DNA of 64,000 nucleotides from Sphagnum compactum (Eukaryota). How positions within the stretch are numbered: position 1 is the first letter of the stretch; the number at the start of each line of letters is the position of its first letter. The stretch is taken from contig OZ234493.1 in assembly GCA_965153455.1 (NCBI GenBank), positions 13,754,213-13,818,212 of the forward strand, read 5' to 3'. Made by a program: the position numbers and the translations under genes. The notes beneath the pieces were generated by a model. It had not been told where the DNA came from, searched no databases, and saw nothing but the letters and a program-made list of their open reading frames with translations. Shown piece by piece: positions 25,480 through 36,202 of the stretch.

Positions 25480-26780
25480 AGTCTGGTGCTTTCAAAATCC
25501 ATATGCAAATCATGTTCTTCTTTCCCAAATCCTTGCCTGCAGAAACCACTATGCATTCCATTTCCGAGGGTTTAAGGTTGCACAAGTCCCTTGATTTCCT
25601 GATCAAAGATTGATGAAGTTGCAGAGAAATCTCCACAACAACAATTAAAGGTAACACGACAATGAGTGCAGTCATAACCTCATGAGAGTCGCTCACAAAG
25701 TAACAGACCATCACCTTCATCACGAACGGCAGTGACAAGCTGCCATGACTACCCACTGAGTTCATCAGCTCCCAACAGTGGGTGTAGATAAGCATATAAT
25801 AATCTTCCCAAAAACTTGGGCAAACCATTATACACAATCTGTGTCCTGAGTTTCTGTTGCCTTTCCGGAAGCAATGGGAAGACTCAGCCGTGATGTTGGC
25901 TAGCACTCAAGAGACATTGCTAATCAAAAAAGTCAACAGTATCCTCATTCAAGCTGCAAAATTTTGATTTCCTGATCAAAATCCAGTGCAAAGTGTAGTC
26001 TTCTTTTCTAAATCCTTGCCTGCAGAAACCACTATGTATTCCATTTCCATGGGTTTAGGGTTGCATAAGTCCCTTGATTTTCTGATCAAAATCCAGTGCA
26101 AAGAGTAGTCTTCTTTCCCAAATCCTTGCCTGCAGAAACCACTATGCATTCCATTGAACTTCTTTTGTAACAAATCATCTCCAGGGTTTAGGGTTGCATA
26201 AGTTCCTTACTTTGCTGATCAAAATCTAGTATAGAACTTAGTCTTCTTTCCCAAAACCTTGCCTGCAACATCTAGTGTCAATCCATTTCTAGCAGAATTT
26301 CAGTCTTGCTTAATCTTTCATGTTAGAATTCCAATCTCATTTGTGGTGTCATTTCTGATGCACTTGCATAAGTTAATTGCTTTGCCGATCAAAATCCAGT
26401 TCTGAACTTAGTCTTCTTTCCCTGATCCTTGCCTGCAACATCAAGTGTCAATTCCATGTAATACAGCCCAGAATTTCAGTTTTGCATGTTAGAATTCCGT
26501 TACATTTATGGTATCATTTATGATGCACTTGCACAAGATGCTTGCTTTGCTGATCAAAATCCAGTGCAAAACATAGTCTAATTTCCCAAATTGTTGTCTG
26601 TAACATCTAGTGTAAATTCCATTTCCAGCCTAGAATTTCTTTGATGGTTACTCTTCCTCATTCAAGCTTCCATTGAACTTCTCTTGTAATTGAACAGCTA
26701 TGGGGGTTTAGGGTTTAAGGACCTTGTTTTGTTGATCAAAATCAAGTGCAAACTTTAGTCTTGTTCCCCAAATCCTGAAG
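25480..26780. repeat. Degenerate tandem array (about 110-185-bp units, about 7 copies) at the 3' end of the zinc-finger gene
   Basis: Recurrent tgatcaaaatccagt..agtcttctttcccaaatccttgcctgca at about 25495, 25973, 26083, 26216, 26386, 26552, 26733. Confidence 0.85.
25608..25963 (-). mobile_element. 356-bp non-autonomous insertion related to the 3' region of the Penelope-like element
   Basis: Flanked by a 17-bp direct repeat ttgatttcctgatcaaa (25591-25607 and 25964-25980); excision restores a normal tandem-array unit. Internal 25735-25905 is similar to 29880-30030. Confidence 0.75.
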
Positions 26781-29377
26781 TTCTTTTGAAGAACCCCCTC
26801 CTATAGTTGTGATATCCTCAAATGGCTTTGTTGCAACACTGACCTCTACACTATCTTGCTCAATGTCCTTTGCCCTTCCCAGTTTCACTTTCAATCCCTG
26901 CACTTGAAGCTCCATAACTTCCGCTAACAACAATCTGCATTTGGCAGTTCTCTCACACATTTGACTATCACCCTCAAACTTTGCCTTGCCCGGGAAAACC
27001 CAACCAACATCTATGTCCTCCCTCATGAGCAATGCTTCATTGAGAACCTGAACATAATGGTCACAAAGTCAGTCATCAAGTCAGTTTGAAACAAAACATG
27101 GGCTGTCTTTGAATTAGAAAAACTTAAACCATGGCTTTGTTGGATGGGTTTTTGAAGTTCTGCAATGGAGATCATCGATCCAGATCTATAAGATTCACAA
27201 ATAGCAGCTCATATTGGAAATTTATATTGAACCTGCAGCAACTAGATTCATATTCTGCTGCTGCATAATTTAATAGTCTACTGCATAATATAATCTGTTG
27301 CATAGAATTCAACAATTTATTTCATCTATCTTTATCTGCTGCGTATCACAACTGATGAACAAAATGCTTGTTGAATAAAGTATGAACAAATGGCACACAT
27401 GAGATGCAAGCAGGATGAATCCACACTCCCAATCTCATCATGTCGAGAGATGATGGAATGCAATATACTTTATACCTGCTCCAGACGTGGCTTATCATCT
27501 GCTGATGCTATAGAACTGCACCACATATCTTCCAACTCTTTAGTCATTCCAAGATTGTGTATGTCTGAAATTGCTCTATGAGCAATCTTGGACATGAATG
27601 CCCAGATCTTCTCAATTACTGGGTTTTGCAGTGCTAGATCAAATCCCAATAGCCCCAACAAGTGTTGTTGACATTTATCCACTTCTTCAATGTTGTCTTG
27701 CATTCTCGGAAACCACAGAAATCCATAGTCAATGACATCTTGAACTGCTATGGCCAGCCTGACAGAGTGGCCTTGCTCACGACAGTAGTGGAGGATGGTG
27801 CGATCAGTTAAACCATGGTGTGGATGAGCCAAAGGATGAAGTCTCCCAAATGAGGATCTGCAAAACAATTTGAATGCCCGGACTATGTGTGGGCACTCAT
27901 TTTCCAACGAAAAGGGTTCTGATTCCTTTTCCAACTCAGTTATGATGTCTTGCAACTCCTCCTTTGTGTGGACCCATGGGCACTGTGGACCAGAAGGCAA
28001 AGGATGCTGCTTCAACAACAAGTACAATGGTGACCAACCCCACTTGGACCTCTCTTCGGTAGCCTTAATGTGTTGCTCATATTTATGCAACTCTTGCAGA
28101 ACATGGTCTTCCTTCTCCTTGTTGAGGGTTTCCAAAGCCCCTTCCTTTAGCTCGTCGTACTGCTTCTTCAGTCTCAAGTACTGTAGGTAATCTCGCAAGC
28201 ATCTCATCTCTGTGAAGCGATTCATTGTGTTTTCTCCACCCCCTCCGGATGTCCAGGCATTCAAGGACTGTTTGACAATCTCTAAGATTTTGTTTGTCCT
28301 TTCAATCCCTCCATTTGCCTACATGGAAAAACAGCAACAGTAAGTAAATTGACACATACAAAAATATAACAAAATTCAACATTGCAAAGTAGGACAGATA
28401 CTCACTGGAGGGTAGAGGTACCACTGCCCAAAAGCAGCAACAAGCATGTTGCCTAATGTTCCTTCTATTTCCATCTTCATAAGTAGAGCTGTAGTTTCTT
28501 CAGGATCATCCAACACTTTCCTGCTCATAACCACATTTGTTTCTGACAGCAGAACATATAGTCCATTCATCACAACTTCAAGTGGCAGAGGAGCTAATTC
28601 ACAGGAACTTTCAACTGCGAAAGTTTTGGCCATCACTTTGGCCTTCTTTTCAATGTCTTCCCTACTCAGATGTTGTACACGCATCAGTGGCAATGTAGTG
28701 CCTGTAGAAAACAGAAACAGATTTGCCTCACATTTGTTCTGCCTTGTGGGGCCTTTTACCTTGTCTGTTGCAGGCTTCTCCAAGGCCTTCTCAACTGGGC
28801 CAACAAGTTTCTGCCTAGAAATTGAAGGATTAAGCAGAAAAGGCAGATTGCCTGCACCTTGATTTGGAGTTGATGAAAAGTCTTCATTGCTACTGAGGTC
28901 ATAAACCTCCTTCTCCTTAGGAGGTTTGGGCCTTTGAGGTGGCATATTAGTGGCCTCCCCATGTTGTTTTGTTGGTGCAACCCTTTTGGTGGGATACACT
29001 GGCTCCTGTTCGCTTTGTCGCTTGAATCTGTTTGGTAGGGTCTTCCCATATTTCTCACCCAACCTTGTCAACTCCTTAGCTTCAGACTTTGTCCAAGTGG
29101 GGTACATCTTGAGTAGATCCTTCCCCTTGTATTCAGGGCACTGCGTCATCATTCTATGGTAGCTCAGGGTGTTTTTGTCTTTGAAACACTGCTTGCAGAA
29201 CTTGCATTGAAATGATGGCCGATTGCCAACAGGAATGTCTGGGCGTTTGCAATCAAAGTGTGCTTCCAATGCAAGTGCCTTGTACTCCTCCTCAAGATAC
29301 AAGGCGACACAAGTGTGTCTATTCTGCTGCATTGTAGATTTGTGGATTCTACTCTTGCCATGTGGACCTCCCAACAC
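26742..29377 (-). CDS. Multi-exon protein of unknown function with a C2H2/C2HC-like zinc finger (at least 706 aa; probable upstream exon 33835-34047)
   Basis: Exons 29377-28406, 28318-27476, 27047-26742 join in phase 0 with canonical sites (tgcag/gtgagt, tgtag/gtata, ttcag) and no internal stops. Motif FQCKFCKQCFKDKNTLSYHRMMTQC. Confidence 0.7.
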
Positions 29378-29688
29378 CTGCAATATAATAGGATCACAAG
29401 AAGAACATGTCAAAACTTGAGACAACAAGATAACTAGAAGCACAACAGTTCAAGTGTGTGCAAAGTAGATTGAAGTGACATGTTTTGCATCCAAGTTATA
29501 AGTCCAAACCTAATCACTGGCCAGTGTAATTGTAGACATAAAGAAATCACTAGAATCAAAACACCACAAAGATGGATTCCATTTTCTCAGAAGAAACGAA
29601 TTCAAGAATTTTCAATTGAGTTGAGAGAATTGGTTTCAGCATTAAGACAAGACTATTACCATCGTAGATAAGTACTGAAGAAAAGAAA

Positions 29689-32600
29689 TATCTTTCATAA
29701 GAATAGAGAAATCTCCATTCTCACGATGAAGAAGAAACAGCAAGGTTAACACTTTCTCAGGAAGCCACAGAAACAACCAAACTAGGGAAGACAGCAAACA
29801 AACAAAAAACGAAAAACACACACTGGTATGAACAAAAGTGCCAGCGTCACACCTGTTCAGGGACCATCAACAGTAGTATGTATGATAGTGACTTAACTAT
29901 CACAACTTCCCCACTGACTTCATCAGCTCCCTACAGTGGGTAAAGGCCGGTGACAAGCACCAACCTATGAACTGAGTTTCTGCTGCAATTCTGGAAGCAA
30001 CAGGAAGACTCAGCCATACTACTGGCTAGCAACAGACCCCGCAACAAAGACCAGACAAAGAAACAAAGAAAGACAGAAAGGGAAAAGAACAGGGAAAGAC
30101 TAAGAACAAGTGGGCTTACAGGAAGCTCCCAACTTACAAGACCCGAAGCAAAATCATTCTGAAAATGCCAAAAGCAGAAATTCCAGACAGGAATTTTTCT
30201 TTAAGAACCAACCCTCTAGTTCTCTTTAGAAGAACTTTTAAAGGGTAGCCTTTTACCTTCAGAAAGACAATAAGACTGACCATCTGGAAGACAAAAAACT
30301 TCTTACAACTACAAAGTCTCAAGAATCTGTAAAATCGACTATTGATAACCCCCAGCTTCGCAGTCATTGAGATATTGGAATGAACACGAGGCATTCTAAT
30401 CATTTCAATACCTGCATACTCTGGTTGAGAGCGTTTGTCAAAAATGTCACAGGATAAACCTTGAGGACTCCGTCTTACAGTTAGATCCAAGAAATTACAA
30501 GAGAAGCCTTTAGACATACAATTCAACTCACAAGAGATTTTTGGGTATATGCCACTACCGAAAGAGTCTTGGTTAAGGTACATGAAGTTCTCAAAATCTG
30601 GAAAATCAGGAACAAAAAGATCATCCACAAATCTACGAACCAAGGACAATCTATGAAGCACAACAGGACATGTGTTACTCTTCAAGAGACGCTTATGAAA
30701 TCAAACTCATAGGTAAAGAGATAGAAATTAGCCAAATAGAGCGCACAATTAGTACCCATGGGGATACCAATGCATTGTCTATAAACACCCTGACCAAAAC
30801 AAAGAATCAAATTGTCTAATAAGAAATCCAGCCAAGAGATCAAATCTGAAGCCTCTGCAACTTTGAAGCTATGAAGATTTTCAAACAAATTGATCTCTGC
30901 TTTATTTTTCAGCCACAAAAACCTAAAGTTCAAAGCTGTTTTTTTGAACCAACAAAAACTTAAAACGATGAAGCTTCAGCATCCGATTAAACACTTTATT
31001 TATCAGAACTCTCATACGAGCTTTTAGATCCACTAGGTCAATTTTAGTGTATAGAGTTGAGAAATCAAAAGACTGCAACAGAAGTGGGGAAGCTTTATCA
31101 ATTTCAGATCTTGAAAGATTAAGTTTATTTATTACCTCCACCACTCCTGTAGAGTCATTGAGAATCCAACTACTATCACAAGGACCATCTGCCTTTTTGA
31201 GTTTAGACACCCAAAGGTCATTGACCGTAGGAAACATAGCTTTGAAGAAAGAACACAGCCACTTAGAAACATCAGTCAGAGAAGTAGAGCTGGCTGCACA
31301 GATAAATCTAGGTTTAATTGGGTTTTTATGAAACTTCCAAACAGCACAAAGAAACGGGAGACGAGGGCCACACTTAACACCTTTAAAATTATGAGCCTTA
31401 TTAAAAGAGAGATGAAATTTCAGAATATCAGATTGGGCAAGATTGGAGACCACATATGTACCAACAGGAGAATTAAGCTCAGAGAAAACAAAAGAAACAT
31501 AAAACTTTTTACAAACAAACACAAAGTTGTTACAACATTTATCCATGTAAGTAATGACCAAGGACCGTTGGAGAGTCTTTAGGTGATCCAGATCTCCTAA
31601 AGGAACAGACAAAGAAGAATCAGAAGAGGTTTGAACCATGAAGGAAGCACGAGTCCTCTTCTGCATGAACAAAAGAACTTTGGCTTTCCACTCACTTAAT
31701 ATCCCTTGAACTACTAGAAGCTCTTCTTGCTTGTTGACAAACTTCTTAAGACCATTATCAATAGCTTCTTCAATAGACAACATAGACAAGAAGCCACTTT
31801 TGAACTATGTGCCTCTAGAAAAGAGTTCAATTAGACTGGGCCTTGAAAGGATATTAAGGTTAGCAGAAATAACATGACCATGATGGGAATCAATAAAACT
31901 AGGGAAATGAAAACAAGCACAACCAGAGTGAATAATTTTATTAACTTGAGAAGCACAAACAGATCTTCCCAATGCCCCATAGTTGAAAAACTCTTGACCA
32001 GAAGTTTTGACATATTTCCAAACAACTAAGGCAGGGGACCAAAACTTTCTAACAAAAGGAGGAAGACTATCTAGCACAGAAGGAAGGTTTAAAATGGAAT
32101 AGAGATTCAAACCATCCATATGAGAAGAAACAAAAACAGAGATACTGAGATCTCTGCCTAGGAAAGAGGCACTTGACAAGAAAGAACGAGGAACGTTTCT
32201 CTTAATAAAAATGCTCAAAAGTTTAGACAGTTGTAAAGCATGGCCAACATCAAGACTGAGAACAGAAGGAGAAAACTCAGACAACAACAAAAGCATACTA
32301 ACCAATTTCTTGGTCTTTTACTTGGAGAGGAACACAATAGAAAACTTACCTTGAGACATAAGAGAAGAAAGGAATACCAACCTTCTTTTGTAATCTCTGT
32401 AGCCAAAAATTCTGTGAAGAGTAGCCAAAAATTCTGTGAGGAGAAAGGTGTGGGACCCCACTATGATTTGGTTGCACATCGTCAGAAGGTGAACCATTCT
32501 CTTCAGAAACTGGCAAAGTAGGAGGAGGTAAACTTACAGAAACAATAGGAAGAACATTGACAGGAACCCAAACTTTGTTCTTAGGACGAGCAAAATGAAG

Positions 32601-33073
32601 GTTTGCTGCGCTTTCTCCACAACATTGCAGAAGCTTTATGCACCCTAGGAGACCGTCTACTGTTTGACTTGCCTTCTAGGTTGTAACCTCTTGGAAAGAA
32701 AGTGTGCAAAATACTCATCCATTTTCGTTCCAATTGAGAGGCAACAACCTTAAACAAGTTCAGAGCAAAACGGCCTTCAGAATCTAAGAAATTCCCTTCT
32801 ACTTTTTCAATAGGAAAAACTCTGAAGGAATGGAAACCCTCTTTGGCAATGGCAGCATATAGTGGCTTCAAATCAAAAGACTAACTTGCAAGCTTAGACA
32901 ATCTTTTAGCTTCTCTTATATGCTCTTGAAATCTCTCAAAGGCAGAGACTTACATGTTTGACCAACATATAGCATTCTACTATTATTGACACTGTAAGTA
33001 ACATGAATTACCCCCTTATCTGAAAATGGACAGAGGCTAGTTGAAGAATTAAGGTGTTTTTGCCTAAGCCTTC
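29689..33073 (-). mobile_element. Penelope-like retroelement with N-terminal GIY-YIG endonuclease (Naiad/Chlamys-like), decayed
   Basis: GVIHVTY..LYVGQT..FERFQEH..ERKWMSILHTFFPRGYN at 32580-33015, upstream of RT motifs KFHKNPIKPRFI, SFDFSTLYTKI, GIPMGTNCA, RFVDDL, FLDL; no C-terminal endonuclease. Flanked by a 20-bp direct repeat. Confidence 0.9.
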
Positions 33074-33834
33074 TAAGTACTGAAGAAAAGAAAGGTCAAA
33101 TGAAGGACAAAGCTCCAACTAAGACAACTTCCAATACATTACACTTGCCAACCATGAAAATGGACTCTCTGGTGTAGACAACATGGAAACACATTGAATT
33201 CCACAATACCATACAATACCTCTCATGAGTATCAAGAAATCTACACACTCACGATTGAGGAAAACAGGACCAGGGTGAAAAAAATTTGAATTCCACAATA
33301 CTCTACAAAATTGCATTAGGTTGTTGCTGAAAGAACAGAAGCAAACTTGTGATCAAATGCTGATGTGCAGACAAGAAGCATCCACAGTCTTGCAAATGCA
33401 GTAATTCCAAATCTGCAACTTCTGTGCCAAAACTAAATCACAGGCAAGTAAACCCAACAACATTTTTTAAACTACCACAGAACGTGAAGACAAGATCCAA
33501 GCTCAACACATCATATCCAAACGGAATACATTTACAAATCATGCAAAGAGAGAAAACAAGTTTTGGCAGCCGAAGAACTCAACTGACATGCACTTGCCCA
33601 AGCTATCTACATGAAATTTGCAACAAAAGTGAAACATGTAACAGGATCACAAGCATTGATCAATTCTCTAAGTACAAGTAGACAACATTCCTCTACAACA
33701 CAATATAAGCCTTGTAAGGCATGTATGCAGCAAAATTTGTCAATTCTGCAGTTCTCAGGCTTAAACCTTGCAGCTCCTGATGCTAGAAGTGGGTGCAAAA
33801 ACAGAAGCAAAAAAAGAAGGAAAAGGAAACACAC

Positions 33835-34047
33835 CCCTTCTACCCATCCTACAGCTGCTGTTGTGACAATGTCGATATATTTCTGTCGACCAAGCAAGCC
33901 GATCATGTAAGGATCTTCTTGGGCGAAAATAGGCAACGCCTCTAACAGTAAATGTCCTCGCTCTCCCTCCCCTTTTCTGTGCATTGCAACTGCTTCAACT
34001 TCGCCTTTTGGTGTGTTGTCCTCTTCTATTGCATCCGAATCAATCAT
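33835..34047 (-). CDS. Probable upstream exon of the zinc-finger gene
   Basis: Open frame MIDSDAIEEDN..AVGWVEG ends at a phase-0 gtgtgt donor compatible with the acceptor at 29377; start codon uncertain. Confidence 0.4.
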
Positions 34048-34424
34048 GTCCTCACCAATGGAGGCAATAATGGTTGTATTGGGAGTTCTTGGTAGAGCGT
34101 ACCAAGTGGTAGCGTGTGTACATCGACATCTACACTCAATGCTTCCATGAAGTGCAAGCCAGAAAAAATCAAGTGAGTAAACCCTAAAGCTTCTTTGCAT
34201 TCCTTGCAAGAAGACACTGATTTCCATTAGTTTAGTGTGTGGTGGTGACCAGGATATCTTCGTGCGGCTATTTTTAGTATCCATTTGTGGCAGGATGGGA
34301 AGTGGCAGGGATGTTTCAGCATGTGAGTCTCCTTTTTGACAGAATTGTCCATGTCCCACTGGTCCATCAATTCAGTCTACTGCTTCAGGAATCAGTAATG
34401 AGCCCCTGTAATGAATGCATCGTG

Positions 34425-34750
34425 TTTTTTGTTTCAGCGTCATCACAGATTGAGTGAAGCAGACTGTCAAATTCTCCTTTGCAATGGATCATGCAAGTGT
34501 TTCAAGTGTACTACTGTATTAGGGTCTTGTATTTGCACTGTCTTCATAGAAGCTTAGCATCATGTTTTTGTTTCAGCATTATCACAGATTGAGTGAACTA
34601 GACTGTCAAATTTTCCTTTGCATTCAGGAGGACATTGCAATGGATTGTTGTCAGGATTGAGGACATGGCAATGGATCATGCAAGTGGTTCAAGTGTACTA
34701 CTGTATTAGGGTTTTGCATTTGCATGATGGTCTTTATAGAAGCTTAGTTT
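34425..34750. repeat. Two-copy tandem duplication; second copy carries an extra about 48 bp
   Basis: tttgtttcagc..tcacagattgagtgaa..atggatcatgcaagtg..tagaagcttag occurs twice. Confidence 0.8.
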
Positions 34751-36202
34751 GTCAAATGTTTTTGTCTCTCTCCAAGTTCAGATCTGGTTGTGCTAAAAGA
34801 AAAGAATTTTGGTAGTAGATGTTAGGTTTTGACAGGGAGAGATCTTGGATCAGGGATGTTTTGCAGAACAACAGAAATTTCAGTCATTTGCAGACTGTAG
34901 TATTGTGCACCAGCTGTTCCAGTGGATTGAGGACCAACCTACAGGTGGATGAGCCCACTTGACAGAAGGGTGCCCATTTTGCAGGAAGAATGTCTAGGTT
35001 TTACTGTACATTTTTTTTGTACCATGAAGTTGCTCACAGCATCAAAAAATAAAAATCATAGTTAAGATTCAAGCACTGAAGCTGCATGGAGTGAGTGAGT
35101 TACATCAGGGTGCAAATTCTTTGTACAAAACTGTGTAGAGTTACATAGCAAAAAACAATTTCCACAAAGTTCAACCCGAGCAGTTTTATGGAAATTGGAT
35201 TCTTTTGAGTTTTTTCTACATCCAAAAAAGGATCACTGTCATGCAAAGATTCCAAGTCTCTCTTTGTTCTGACACCTCAATGGGCTAGCATGCTGTTAAT
35301 CTGCTTAAGAGATCAACAGCAAGATCTATAGTTCCATAAAGAGAGCAGTTTCCTAGTTGTGCTGAGTGCAGATGTCATGGTCTTCTGCTTATGTTTTGTC
35401 TGGCATGTTCACAGTCTTGGTTTTGATGGAAGTTCCGAGTAGTGTCGTCTGATCTTTGACGATCTCATGGAGCCTGTTGTGTGTACTGAAAGGTTTGATT
35501 CTTTCCAGGAGGTCATTCAATAACTGATTTGTGTTGTGTTTGCATACTATTTTCTTGCACCATCTTTGAGCATATATGCAACCATGTTGCTTAAAGGTTC
35601 AGAATATCCCCAAGTAAATGATTGCAGTACCATGCCATGATGGGTCTGACCTAGATAGGTTTAGATTCTCATAGACACATTCTGGCACAAGTTGGCTTGC
35701 TTGAGCTCTGGTGGTGATGTTGTTGAACACTTGTTTTGATTCTCCAGGAGAAAATCGATTTTAGACTCGAAGCTCCTGGTAGCCGTGAGCACGTTCACAA
35801 TGCATTCCATAACGGCAGTACCCACCTTCCCAGTCTCTACATAATGTAGTTTTGTAGCAAGTGAAGGGGATTTGGGCATAATGACATTGTGCTCCTTGGA
35901 CATGACGCCTGCCATCATTCATGTTTACATACTTTACTCAGAGAGAATCAAGGTCACAGGTACATCCAATGTGCTTTCTTCATTCACATGAGCATGAAGA
36001 AAGCCCATAAATCACTTCTTGTTACAATACAAATATTTCTTGCCTGCTTGGGTATGGCTTCCCCCAACAAGATCTTTTCTTCACTTTTCTATTTTCAAGC
36101 TGCCACCCAAGCTGCACATCTCATTTGGACTGGCATTTTCATCCCTAGAATGTTGATTTTCGCTACATTTCCTTTTCAACTATGCCCAGCTTAAATCCAG
36201 AG

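Noticed and set aside
25725-25785. Twister-like loop ggca-GTGACAAGC-tgcc on the + strand
   Set aside because: I could not form P1 or the UAA cleavage context, and the second copy does not keep the loop; left to a covariance search.
30134-33073. Selenocysteine recoding in the Penelope-like ORF
   Set aside because: The interruptions I checked are a TAG and frameshifts, not TGA at Cys positions, and land plants are not known to use Sec.
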